From: Promethearchaeia archaeon
GTDB taxonomy: Archaea; Asgardarchaeota; Lokiarchaeia; Sigyniarchaeales; SOKP01
Length of the DNA stretch: 42,244 bases
Assembly (NCBI GenBank): GCA_029856155.1
Contig: JAHQWL010000043.1
Coordinates: 1 to 42,244 of the forward strand
Direction: 5' to 3'
Shown here one piece after another: positions 27,570 through 37,208 of this stretch (positions are counted from its first letter, which is position 1; each line of letters begins with the position of its first letter). A model generated the notes under the pieces. The model was given only the letters and a program-made list of their open reading frames with translations. It had not been told where the DNA came from and did no database searches. A program made the position numbers and the translations under genes.

Positions 27570-28391
27570 ATGAACACTCTAAAAGGAAAAACAATTTTCA
27601 TTACAGGTGCTAGTAGAGGGATAGGAAAAGCTGTAGCATTACGAGCCGCTGTGGATGGAGCTAATATTGCGGTAGTGGCTAAGACCAAAGAAACTCACCC
27701 AAAATTGCCAGGAACAGTATATACTGCAGTAGAAGACATTGAATCTACTGGAGGAAATGCAATTCCATGCATTACAGATGTAAGATTTGAAGATCAAGTC
27801 AAAGCTGCTGTTGATGCGACAGTAGATAGATTTGGAGGCATAGATATTCTTATAAATAATGCTAGTGCAATTAATTTATCCCCAACATTAGAAATTGAAA
27901 TGAATAGATATGATCTCATGTTTTCTGTTAATGCACGGGGGACTTTTTTATGTTCAAAGTTATGTATTCCGTATCTAAAAGAAGCAGAGAATCCTCATAT
28001 TTTGAATTTATCTCCTCCTCTAAATATGGACCCAAAATGGTTTAAAAATAATTTAGCTTATACTATGGCTAAATATGGAATGAGTATGTGTGTTTTGGGA
28101 ATGGCAGAAGAATTTAAAAAAGAAGGAATTGCAGTTAATGCATTATGGCCAAAAACCTCTATAGCAACTGCGGCTGTGAGAAATTTATTAGGTGGAGAAT
28201 CAGCAGTCAAACATTCAAGAAAACCAGAAATTGTAGCAGATGCAGCATATTTAATTTTAACTAAACCAAGTATAGAATGTACAGGAAACTTTTTCATTGA
28301 TGAAGAAATTCTACTTGAGCATGGGACAACTGATTTTGAGAAATATTCAGTCGATCCTAATTCTAATTTATACCTTGATTTCTTTCTATAG
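27570..28391 (+). CDS. Short-chain dehydrogenase/reductase, HSDL2/AtuG-like
   Basis: ITGASRGIG, AKT...HPKLPGT, NNASAI, ENPHILNLSPPL, YTMAKYGMS, VNALWP. Confidence 0.9.
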   Translation: MNTLKGKTIFITGASRGIGKAVALRAAVDGANIAVVAKTKETHPKLPGTVYTAVEDIESTGGNAIPCITDVRFEDQVKAAVDATVDRFGGIDILINNASAINLSPTLEIEMNRYDLMFSVNARGTFLCSKLCIPYLKEAENPHILNLSPPLNMDPKWFKNNLAYTMAKYGMSMCVLGMAEEFKKEGIAVNALWPKTSIATAAVRNLLGGESAVKHSRKPEIVADAAYLILTKPSIECTGNFFIDEEILLEHGTTDFEKYSVDPNSNLYLDFFL

Positions 28392-28443
28392 TAAAAAAAA
28401 ATAAAAAAAATTGATTTAAATTTATATTTTAATAATTTAATCT

Positions 28444-30723
28444 CTACTTTTTCACTGCACTCCAGGAGTAGGAGGTTGTATATGTGTGTTCATAACCTGG
28501 TTGGTTAGCAATTACCATTACAACATATTGTTGAACAAAAGAGAAATCGAATAGTGTAAAGTCTTCCATACCAAATTCTGTATCATCAGTGAGTTCAATT
28601 GAATTTATTTGCGTAAAACTCTTCCACAAATCACTAGATCCTTGATAGATATTCTTGATAGTTATAAGATTCACTTCAAAATCATTATAATGAAGTGCAT
28701 TGTCTCTTGTCCATCCATTATCATTTGTCCACCCATGTTCTTCGTTTTCACAATCATCAAAGAAATCAATTGCGGATATTGAGATGTCGTCAATAAACCA
28801 ACCGGCTTCAATTGTATATGGATCAGTCCAGTAGGTAAAATATATTTCTATTTCGTGTCCTGCAAATGGAGTAAGATCCATTATCTCTTGATACCAACCT
28901 CCACTTGAACCCGTAAATCCGTGCCATAATCCTTCCTCAAAGTATCCAGTTGGTTCTAATCTCCAGTCATCTGGGTCTCCGGGACAATTTGGATTATCAG
29001 TATTGAGATTTTGACCTACATCATCAACTGTGTTTATTCCTGGAAGAGTACACCACTGTTCAGTAGTATAATCATAAACTTCCACATATCCATAATCCCA
29101 ATCTAGTTCGATCTCATAACATGTCATGAACTCCAGTGTTGCTGTAGAAACTTCTGAGAGGTCAAAGCTCTGATGAAATCTATACCACGCCCATTCATCT
29201 CCATTTGAAGACCATTTATATTCACTGCTGTATGCTTCAATGCCAGTGTAGTCATCACCATCAAAGGTTAATTCTATCGAAGCATGTCCACCCTTATAAA
29301 ACTCAACATAGTTTGCCGTATAGGGTAAGGTTACCCCATTTGGATAAGGTAATCCCTCACTAGGATAACTTCTAACAGTCCAATCAAAGAAAGGTGTATT
29401 AGATTCTGATCGCCACATTTCCAATATTATAGGGATACTATACCCTTCACTATCATCTGAAGGAATATCCAAATTGTAATACCCATAAATCCCATTTTGC
29501 AGAGATGTGTCATCGAGATAATTTGCAATAGTCCAATCTTGAAAAATTTCATCAAATGTTTTTCCAGTACGTCCCTCAAGGACAATCTCCCATCCCGCTA
29601 TTCCATTAGCTTGTTCTTGAACAAGGTCCCATATTAGCTGATCTCCTCCATAGTGTTCCCACATGTAATAAGTCCAGAGGAATACGCTGCCATAATCCGA
29701 TAGATAACCTTGCCAGTATGTTAATGAATCATCCCAATGATAGATGAGATATTCTGAGATATGTCCCGGTGAAAATCCATATCCGCATCTCCACTCCGCA
29801 AAAGTTGAACAGCCTTCGTTAACCCATGATAATTCATTACCATCTACATCATAATGAACAAGATGTTGAAATTCATGAGCAAAGGTGCCCTCATATTGAA
29901 ATGGAAGGGGATTAAGACCAAAATATATATCGGTTGGGTCACCTTGTCTCCTCCACCATTGATATGTATCCATGTGGAAAATGTTTGCATCGTTAAGGTC
30001 ACTTACATATGACCAGAAATATCCCATTGTGAACCAGCCTGCAGTTATAGGATCATGGAAGAGTCCATCTCGAATGTTAAATATTAACACTTGAATCTTA
30101 TAGTCCTCTAATGGACCTGGTCGATCAGCATATTCACCAAAAAGTGTAGTAACACAATCGTGGATATTATTATCAAAGGCATCTCGTAGGGCTAATAGAT
30201 TCTCTCCATCTATCCAGTCTCGATATCCTGGTGGTAAATAATAACCATCACCATCAGGATCAATAGTTTCAGCTTCTACTGCATCAATGCCTTCCCAACT
30301 CCAGGGATAAGCAAAATACCAGACATCATCTTCAAAACTTTCACCATTAGGAGTATATTCATCTTGATATCCCCCTTCCCAAACATCGGGGTTCAATCCA
30401 ATCCAAATATTACAGTGTTCACCTTTCAAAACGCATTCAAACTCCTGATCGTAATTCACGCCCGTATAATCATCAATAACGGACACAATCCATGACTCTT
30501 CTGGATCTACTTCTGCTAACACTAAACTTTCAAATGATCGTGAACCTTCTATTGTTTTACTTTCGAATAAAGGAGTAGCGTCGATTCCTTCATAATCTTT
30601 TAATCGGCCTAGTAGAGCATCATTATTCGTATTTTCTCCACTTATAAATATAGCCATTGAAATGCCACCTATATTTATAAAAGCGAAGACTATTAAAAAT
30701 ACAATAATTTGTTTTTTTCTCAT
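28444..30723 (-). CDS. Secreted zinc metalloprotease, immune inhibitor A (M6/M30-like) with C-terminal InhA MAM-like domain
   Basis: Signal or anchor peptide MRKKQIIVFLIVF; AHEFQH (HExxH) followed by WVNEG; YEIELDWDYGYVEV, DLTPFAG, YWTD, GWFIDDISI. Confidence 0.8.
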   Translation of the reverse strand: MRKKQIIVFLIVFAFINIGGISMAIFISGENTNNDALLGRLKDYEGIDATPLFESKTIEGSRSFESLVLAEVDPEESWIVSVIDDYTGVNYDQEFECVLKGEHCNIWIGLNPDVWEGGYQDEYTPNGESFEDDVWYFAYPWSWEGIDAVEAETIDPDGDGYYLPPGYRDWIDGENLLALRDAFDNNIHDCVTTLFGEYADRPGPLEDYKIQVLIFNIRDGLFHDPITAGWFTMGYFWSYVSDLNDANIFHMDTYQWWRRQGDPTDIYFGLNPLPFQYEGTFAHEFQHLVHYDVDGNELSWVNEGCSTFAEWRCGYGFSPGHISEYLIYHWDDSLTYWQGYLSDYGSVFLWTYYMWEHYGGDQLIWDLVQEQANGIAGWEIVLEGRTGKTFDEIFQDWTIANYLDDTSLQNGIYGYYNLDIPSDDSEGYSIPIILEMWRSESNTPFFDWTVRSYPSEGLPYPNGVTLPYTANYVEFYKGGHASIELTFDGDDYTGIEAYSSEYKWSSNGDEWAWYRFHQSFDLSEVSTATLEFMTCYEIELDWDYGYVEVYDYTTEQWCTLPGINTVDDVGQNLNTDNPNCPGDPDDWRLEPTGYFEEGLWHGFTGSSGGWYQEIMDLTPFAGHEIEIYFTYWTDPYTIEAGWFIDDISISAIDFFDDCENEEHGWTNDNGWTRDNALHYNDFEVNLITIKNIYQGSSDLWKSFTQINSIELTDDTEFGMEDFTLFDFSFVQQYVVMVIANQPGYEHTYTTSYSWSAVKK

Positions 30724-30925
30724 ATTTTAACACCCATTAAAAAGTGTGTGGTTAAACAAAATTCGATTGATATAAAAAGAAATAAGGTATAATTTTTCCC
30801 AATAGACAATTTAGTAGCTAAAAATTCAATCGGAAATATAGATACAAGCGGATTACCTATATTTTGCACTTTTAATATCTCTTAATTTTTTTTTTTAATT
30901 TTATATAAAATGAATACTCTTTTTA

Positions 30926-30958
30926 TGACGGAATTGTTAATTGCGATGTCCTGCGTCA
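30926..30958. promoter_or_regulatory. GC-enriched inverted repeat/hairpin upstream of the MFS gene
   Basis: TGACG (30926) ... CGTCA (30954) with inner ATTGT/GCGAT pairing; about 20 nt after a TTATATAA box. Confidence 0.3.
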
Positions 30959-31050
30959 AATATGAATGCTATCTTTAAGAAAATGAAATTTTAAATTGGG
31001 TGTTTAATTTTTCAACGCATATTTACCATTTTTTAAGGAACTTTGTAATC

Positions 31051-32388
31051 ATGGCTATTCAAAACTTACGCGATAAAGAGGAACATTCAAAATATTTAGA
31101 GAAATTTCAAATAAGTCAGAAAAGAGCTATGTTTACTATTATTCTCAGTATTCTTCTTGATGTATTTGGATATACAATGGTACTCCCCTTATTACCGAGT
31201 ATTGCAAAAGATTTTGGAGCGACAGATTTTATGATTGGATTACTAATCTCTTCAAATGCGCTTGCAGCTCTAATTTTTATTCCACTATGGGGGTGGTTAA
31301 GCGATAAATATGGGCGTAAACCGATTTTATTGATTTCTCAAGCAGGTACGGGTTTATCTTTTTTAATTCTAGGTTTATCTAATTCAATCTTTGTAATTCT
31401 TATAGCTCGTATAGTAGATGGTATTTTTGGAGGCCAAATTCCCGTTATTCGAGCTTATATCACTGATATTACAACTCCTCAAACGAGAGCAACATATATG
31501 GGAAAAATTATGGTCGGTTACACTTTAGGTATGACACTAGGGCCATTAGTGGGGGGTTTTTTAGGAGCGATTCATTGGCGTTTTCCCCCTTATTTAGCTA
31601 GTGCTTTAACTATTGTTCTAATGATAATGACAATCACTATAATAGTTGAAAGTATGCCAGAAGAAAGAAGAAATGAAATTAAAGAGCACTTTTTAGTTAT
31701 TCAAGCTAATCTCGGAGAAACGAGTAGTATATGGAATAAAGAAGTAATCAGTCGAATGATACAGGTCTTTCTACTTTCTCTAATAAGTTTTATGTTTACT
31801 TCAAGTGCTACATTAGTGCTTTATAAGAGATACAATGCTGGACCATCTACAACAGGATTAGTTATGGCAGTAGCAGGATTAGCTGTTTTAGTTTATGGGG
31901 GTATTCTCATTAAACCAATGATTAAAAAAATTGGCGAAAAACGTCTTCTAATAACTACATTTATATTTTTTATTATCGTATTCTTATTCTATCCCTATTT
32001 ATACGAATTATGGATGGTCTTTATATTTATTTTACCTTATTCCTTTGTTGTTGCATTTATGAGACCTCTTATTACTACAAATATGACTAAAGCTGTGGGA
32101 CTAAATAAACAGGGTCAATTAAGTGGATGGTCGACAAATCTCCAAGCAGTTTCTCAGACAATTGCACCATTAATTGCAACCGGATTTTTACAAATAGGGG
32201 GTTTGACAATTGGTTTTTTATTTTTAGATTCCTATCATTTAATAGGATTTACAAATGTGATATTAGCAATTGTTTTATTGATCATTGGCTATTTAGATAT
32301 TAAAAATCATCCTAAACTTTATTCTTATGAAAGAATCAGAAGAAAAAGAGAAGCTATGAAAAAAAGAAAATTGAAAGAAAAAAATTAG
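31051..32388 (+). CDS. MFS transporter (TetA/DHA1 drug-efflux family)
   Basis: LDVFGYTMVLPLLP, motif A GWLSDKYGRKP, ARIVDGIFGG, GMTLGPLVGG. Confidence 0.9.
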   Translation: MAIQNLRDKEEHSKYLEKFQISQKRAMFTIILSILLDVFGYTMVLPLLPSIAKDFGATDFMIGLLISSNALAALIFIPLWGWLSDKYGRKPILLISQAGTGLSFLILGLSNSIFVILIARIVDGIFGGQIPVIRAYITDITTPQTRATYMGKIMVGYTLGMTLGPLVGGFLGAIHWRFPPYLASALTIVLMIMTITIIVESMPEERRNEIKEHFLVIQANLGETSSIWNKEVISRMIQVFLLSLISFMFTSSATLVLYKRYNAGPSTTGLVMAVAGLAVLVYGGILIKPMIKKIGEKRLLITTFIFFIIVFLFYPYLYELWMVFIFILPYSFVVAFMRPLITTNMTKAVGLNKQGQLSGWSTNLQAVSQTIAPLIATGFLQIGGLTIGFLFLDSYHLIGFTNVILAIVLLIIGYLDIKNHPKLYSYERIRRKREAMKKRKLKEKN

Positions 32389-32390
32389 AA

Positions 32391-33284
32391 TTAAGAATTA
32401 TTTTTTATAAATTCTACGATAAGATTAGCTAGTTCAGGACCCTTATCTTCTTGGACAAAGTGACCCGCATTTTTAATTATAGTATGATTTTGTCCTTGAG
32501 CACCTGGAACATTTTCTTGCCAAAATTTATCTCCACCTCTAGTAATTGGATCACTATCAGAAAAAGCAGTTAAAAATGGTTTTTTCCATTGAAAAAACTG
32601 TTCCCATGCTTTTTTATTAGCTTCATGCTCGGGATCTCCTTTTGTAGTTGGAACCAATGAAGGCATAATTCTTGCTCCCGCTTTAAAAGAGGCATCAGGA
32701 AACGGAGCATCGTAAGCTTTGATAACATCTGTTGCTAATTTAGTAACTGTTGCTCCTTGTATAATCCTTCCCACTGTAAATTTAGGAGTAGTTCTGGAAG
32801 ATTCTTGCCAATCTAAAAACGCTTTATTCATCTTCTGCTCTCCTGTGGGTAATCCTCCGTTCGATAAAATAATCCTCTTAAAACGTTCCTGATTCTTAAT
32901 AGCAACTCTTAAACCTATTAAAGAACCCCAATCTTGACAAAATAAAGTAATATCTTTGAGATCAAGCAGATTTACCACTTTTGTTATCCACTCCACATGC
33001 CTACGGTAAGAGTGATCACTTTGTTCAGTTGGTTTATCGGATCGTCCAAATCCAACTAAATCAGGTGCAACTGTTCTATAACCCGCTTGTATTAGAATTG
33101 GGATCATATGTCTATATAAAAAAGACCATGATGGTTCTCCATGCATGAGAAGGACTACTTCAGCATCTTTCGGTCCTTCATCAATATAATGAATCCTAAT
33201 TCCATCTACATCTAAATAATTAGGTTTAAATGGAAAATCTGGAAGGTTCTTAAACTTTTCCTCTGGAGTACGTAATAATTTCAT
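32391..33284 (-). CDS. Haloalkane dehalogenase (HLD-I type)
   Basis: LRTPEE.F.NLPDFPF, MHGEPSWSFLYR, CQDWG nucleophile with halide-binding Trp, FSDSDP, GHFVQED. Confidence 0.9.
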   Translation of the reverse strand: MKLLRTPEEKFKNLPDFPFKPNYLDVDGIRIHYIDEGPKDAEVVLLMHGEPSWSFLYRHMIPILIQAGYRTVAPDLVGFGRSDKPTEQSDHSYRRHVEWITKVVNLLDLKDITLFCQDWGSLIGLRVAIKNQERFKRIILSNGGLPTGEQKMNKAFLDWQESSRTTPKFTVGRIIQGATVTKLATDVIKAYDAPFPDASFKAGARIMPSLVPTTKGDPEHEANKKAWEQFFQWKKPFLTAFSDSDPITRGGDKFWQENVPGAQGQNHTIIKNAGHFVQEDKGPELANLIVEFIKNNS

Positions 33285-33423
33285 ATAAATTTCTTCTTTT
33301 TATTAAAAATTAAAATTATTAAATCTTAGCAATCTTATAAATTGCATTTATTTTGATTAAAGGTAAATTTAGATGATATTAAACAGGTGAAATCAGAAAA
33401 TTAAAATTAAGAAACCATTTTTG

Positions 33424-33449
33424 TGATAAATTTCTTATCAAAAAGATAA
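33424..33449. promoter_or_regulatory. Overlapping GATAA/TTATC inverted repeats upstream of the AbiEi-like gene
   Basis: TGATAA-ATTTC-TTATCA (33424-33440) and TTATC-AAAAA-GATAA (33435-33449). Confidence 0.35.
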
Positions 33450-33540
33450 AAAGCTATGATATCTTAATTATAATTGTAGTGAAAATTATTGGTCATAATT
33501 TATCGCTTTTTTAAATTCAATTAAATTTTGAGACATATTT

Positions 33541-34176
33541 ATGATTCGCGTTCTAAATCAATTAAGTAAAGAGAATAAAGATTTTTTTACTTCTGAGGAA
33601 TTGAAAAAACATTGCGGTGATTTGTATATCGATTATAGGCGTACAATGGATTATCTTATTTCTCGTGGACATTTAGTCCAGATTATTGAAGATATTTATT
33701 ATGTGAAGACTATTAAAGAAATTGGTAAAAACCAGTTAAGATATTCAATTTTAGAATTTGTGGCGAAAGGATTAAAATTAAAACGAATTAAAAATTGGTA
33801 TTTTGGGCTTTATACCGCATTAGATATAAACAAAATTAGCCATGATCATCAAGATGAATTTCTGTACTTAATTAATGACCACATTTTAGAAGCTCAACCC
33901 ATAAAGATTTTAGGTAAAGATTTTAGGTTTTTAAGATTCAAAAATGCTCTTTTTAATTTTGGTATTATAAAAAACAAAATCAGATATTCCGATCATGAAA
34001 AAACGATTTTAGATTTGATTTATTTATGGGAATCTAATCATATTAATGAAAATAGAATATATATTGAGGTGTCTAAATTATTGGAAGGAATATCTGAAGA
34101 AAAAATATTACGATATGCTGAGTTTTATCCGGATTCTAATCAAAAACTGTTAAAAAAAGCGTTAATTAAATCATAA
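33541..34176 (+). CDS. AbiEi-like (type IV TA antitoxin) transcriptional regulator
   Basis: N-terminal wHTH (FTSEEL...YLISRGHLVQI...IYYV), WYFGLYTAL, YSDHEKTILDLIY. Confidence 0.65.
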   Translation: MIRVLNQLSKENKDFFTSEELKKHCGDLYIDYRRTMDYLISRGHLVQIIEDIYYVKTIKEIGKNQLRYSILEFVAKGLKLKRIKNWYFGLYTALDINKISHDHQDEFLYLINDHILEAQPIKILGKDFRFLRFKNALFNFGIIKNKIRYSDHEKTILDLIYLWESNHINENRIYIEVSKLLEGISEEKILRYAEFYPDSNQKLLKKALIKS

Positions 34177-34179
34177 ACT

Positions 34180-34677
34180 TTATTTTTTAAATGGGTTTGG
34201 AATCCATTTAGAAACTCTCTTTTTATATTGTATATACTCATCACCAAACATATTTTCAAGAATTTTTTCTTCGAAATTTGCCATCCAATTATAAACCAAG
34301 AAAATTACAATGAAGAAACCTATACTAATAAATGAAATAGACAAAAGTATAAATGCTACATAAATTAATAATATTCCAGAATACATCGGATTTCTCAGAT
34401 AACCAAGAATTCCGTTGGTAATCAATGAGTTAGGAGGTTTGTGTGATTTAAATAGACTTCGATGGGATAATTCAATAAAAATTAAAGCAATACTAAGAAT
34501 CAATATAAATAATATTAACCGAATAATAAAAGGTATCATATCGTTTAAAATTGTCGATATTTTAAATATGTTTGAATCTAAAAACCATATTAACATAAAA
34601 ACTATTGGTATTACCGCATGATATATATGTCCATATGGTATTTCTCGCTCATGGCCTTCATGTCTTTTTAAATTCAT
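34180..34677 (-). CDS. Isoprenylcysteine carboxyl methyltransferase / PEMT family membrane protein
   Basis: LITNG...YLRNPMYSG, FEEKILENMFGDEYIQYKKRV. Confidence 0.85.
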   Translation of the reverse strand: MNLKRHEGHEREIPYGHIYHAVIPIVFMLIWFLDSNIFKISTILNDMIPFIIRLILFILILSIALIFIELSHRSLFKSHKPPNSLITNGILGYLRNPMYSGILLIYVAFILLSISFISIGFFIVIFLVYNWMANFEEKILENMFGDEYIQYKKRVSKWIPNPFKK

Positions 34678-34852
34678 TTTTAATCCATTATTTGGAGATT
34701 TTTATATTCTAGATTTTATTATTTATTATTTATTTTTTATATAGACCAATTTTTCATATTTTTTTATAATCTATTCATATTCATGATTATAGATATTGAA
34801 TTTATTGAATTAACAATAATTTTCTTATGATAAATTCAGACATAAATAATTT

Positions 34853-35602
34853 TTATAGTAAATCTAAGCTTAATACCATTACAATCATTCCAAGGATAAT
34901 TCCTATGATTGAAAGGTGCTCAAATCCGCATTCTCTAGAAGCAGGGAGTAATTCATCGAGGGAAATGTAAACCATAAAACCTCCCACACCAGCAAGCATT
35001 ATGCCTAATATAAAATCATTCATGAAGGGAAAGAGGATTAGTCCGACGATTAAAGCTCCAATTGGTTCACTTATTCCTGAAATAAATGACCAGAAGAACG
35101 CTTTCTTTCTATTCTTTGTTGAAGCATAAATTGGAACTGCTACTGCGATACCTTCAGGAATATTATGGAGTGCTATGGCAAAACACAACATAATACCGAG
35201 ATCAATGCTTTTTATGGTAGCTACAAAGGTTACCATACCCTCAGGGAAATTATGAATAAATATACCAAGTGTGACGAGTAATGATGTTTTCTGTAATTTA
35301 TTTTCAAAATTTTCTTTTTTATCTTCAAATTCGTATTTATGGGAAATTGAAATGTCGATTGTTAACATTAGGAACATTCCAATTAAAAAAAATGTATTTC
35401 CTAATAAGAAACCCAATGACTTAATACCCTCTTGCAGTAATTCTACAAAAGAAATGAATATCATTACTCCAGCAGAAAAACCCATAATGAGAGAGATAAA
35501 CTTCTTGCTAGGTTCTTTAGCAATAAAAGCAATAACACTACCTATAGTTGTGGATAAACCAGCAATTGAAGTTAAAATAAGTGCAAATAAAAAAGCTTCC
35601 AT
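34853..35602 (-). CDS. zupT: ZIP family zinc/iron transporter
   Basis: AGLSTTIG, GFSAGVM, IHNFPEG, IALHNIPEGIAV, SGISEP, ISLDELLP. Confidence 0.9.
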   Translation of the reverse strand: MEAFLFALILTSIAGLSTTIGSVIAFIAKEPSKKFISLIMGFSAGVMIFISFVELLQEGIKSLGFLLGNTFFLIGMFLMLTIDISISHKYEFEDKKENFENKLQKTSLLVTLGIFIHNFPEGMVTFVATIKSIDLGIMLCFAIALHNIPEGIAVAVPIYASTKNRKKAFFWSFISGISEPIGALIVGLILFPFMNDFILGIMLAGVGGFMVYISLDELLPASRECGFEHLSIIGIILGMIVMVLSLDLL

Positions 35603-35673
35603 ATTTATTACCCGTGTATACAAATATGTTTTATAAATTTAAATAAATTTTATTTTCTATTGCGTTTTAGTAT

Positions 35674-36315
35674 TTATAATTTTTTCATACTAATTGCAGT
35701 AATCCAACCTTTGTTATATTCTTCAGAAATTTGGATATTAGAAAATCCTGCTTCTCCTAAAAATTTTCTATAGTCTTCCGGAGTATGAATAGGAAAACTT
35801 CCTAATTTTGACCATTTTTCAGCTTCTTTCCTTTTTTTTTGATTGTTACATTTATATCCTTCATTAACTAAGATAAAATGTCCATTTGGTTTAAGAACTC
35901 TATAAATTTCTCTTAGATCTCTCGTTAAATCTGGCCAGAAGTAATATGCCTCAAAACCACTAACTAAATTGAAGAAATCATCTTGGAAAGGGAGAGAGGA
36001 AACAGAACCTTGGGAAATTTCAACAATTCCTTGTATAATATATCTCTTATTAATTTCCTTACTTACATTTACAGCAGTTATAGAATAGTCTATTCCAAAG
36101 ATCTTTCCATTTAATATCATTTTAGCATAACGGTTTATATTTCCACCGCCACCACATCCAATATCTAAAATTTTATCATTTGGATCTATTTTAACATGTG
36201 ATATACCCCATGCTGCTAACTTTGCATGACCTTTATTCATACCTTTTGCTATTATCCTTCCCAATCTTCCAGAAGGCTTTCTTACTTGGTCAACTAATGT
36301 TTGTCTAAAACCCAT
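35674..36315 (-). CDS. Class I SAM-dependent methyltransferase
   Basis: QVRKPSG.LG...MN, ILDIGCGGG, GSVSSLPF, YFWPD, RVLKPNG. Confidence 0.88.
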   Translation of the reverse strand: MGFRQTLVDQVRKPSGRLGRIIAKGMNKGHAKLAAWGISHVKIDPNDKILDIGCGGGGNINRYAKMILNGKIFGIDYSITAVNVSKEINKRYIIQGIVEISQGSVSSLPFQDDFFNLVSGFEAYYFWPDLTRDLREIYRVLKPNGHFILVNEGYKCNNQKKRKEAEKWSKLGSFPIHTPEDYRKFLGEAGFSNIQISEEYNKGWITAISMKKL

Positions 36316-36344
36316 TTTGAGCTAATCATCTTTTTTATAACTAA

Positions 36345-37109
36345 TTATTTAATTCCATATAATAAACCCATTGTTTTGAGTTCAAATTTCAATAAATTCG
36401 GCATTGGTATCTCATTAGCAGAGTCAATGAAATTAACCTCCTCAACACCCCATTTCTTAATATCTCTTATTAAATCCTCAATTATTCCATATCTTCTCCT
36501 ATTATTAAATGTATCTTGTAAAGAGAATCTACCCCCCTTTTTCAAGACTCGTAAGGATTCATTGATGAGTTTTTTTTTATCCTTAACGTCTCTAACTTCA
36601 TGATATACAAAATTACTCACAATAGCATCAAATTCACCATCCTTAAAAGGTAAATTTGAGGCACTTCCCTTTTGAAATACAACTTGATCTGCTACACCTT
36701 CATATTTAGCATTTTCCTCACACTTCTCTTTAGAATAATTCCATCCTTTACCCCAATAGTCAATTCCCCACACTTTAGAGTTAGGGAATTTTTTTGCAAG
36801 CTCAATTGCTAATGCTCCTGCTCCTGTGCCAATATCAAGCGCTTTCCCCTGTCCATTCCAAGATAATTTCTGGATGACTAAATTCCAGACCTTATATTGT
36901 AACTTCTTATTATGTACTGAAAATTCATAAAATAAATATATTAAATAAGAAACAGGTAAAACAAGTAATCCCACTATTACCCATAACACTATTCTAACCA
37001 CTATATTTATTGGTAATAAAGAGGGAATTAGGATTATTAAAATAATGCCTAATAAGGCATATAATAAATTTAGTGGTACCCAATTTCCATAATTTGCTGA
37101 CTCTTTAAT
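36345..37109 (-). CDS. Membrane-anchored class I SAM-dependent methyltransferase, probable non-canonical ATT start
   Basis: ALDIGTGAG, GIDYW, SNFVYHEV, RVLKKGG. The frame stays open upstream of 37001 through IKESANYGNWVP to a TGA at 37116-37118. Confidence 0.75.
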   Translation of the reverse strand: MKESANYGNWVPLNLLYALLGIILIILIPSLLPINIVVRIVLWVIVGLLVLPVSYLIYLFYEFSVHNKKLQYKVWNLVIQKLSWNGQGKALDIGTGAGALAIELAKKFPNSKVWGIDYWGKGWNYSKEKCEENAKYEGVADQVVFQKGSASNLPFKDGEFDAIVSNFVYHEVRDVKDKKKLINESLRVLKKGGRFSLQDTFNNRRRYGIIEDLIRDIKKWGVEEVNFIDSANEIPMPNLLKFELKTMGLLYGIK

Positions 37110-37194
37110 ATTTTTTCACATCGTTTTAAAAATTCTTATTAAAATGCATGATTACAGCACTAAGTAATTAATAATACTTCCTTATATTTAAAAT

Positions 37195-37208
37195 TTAGGC
37201 ATGCCTAA
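37195..37208. promoter_or_regulatory. Perfect 14-bp palindrome TTAGGCATGCCTAA
   Basis: Read directly; lies upstream of the MTase-MTase-zupT run. Confidence 0.35.

Noticed and set aside
30925-30970. Possible SECIS element (ATGA-started hairpin)
   Set aside because: No matching 3' GA quartet, it is 5' of both flanking genes, and no in-frame UGA selenoprotein candidate was found
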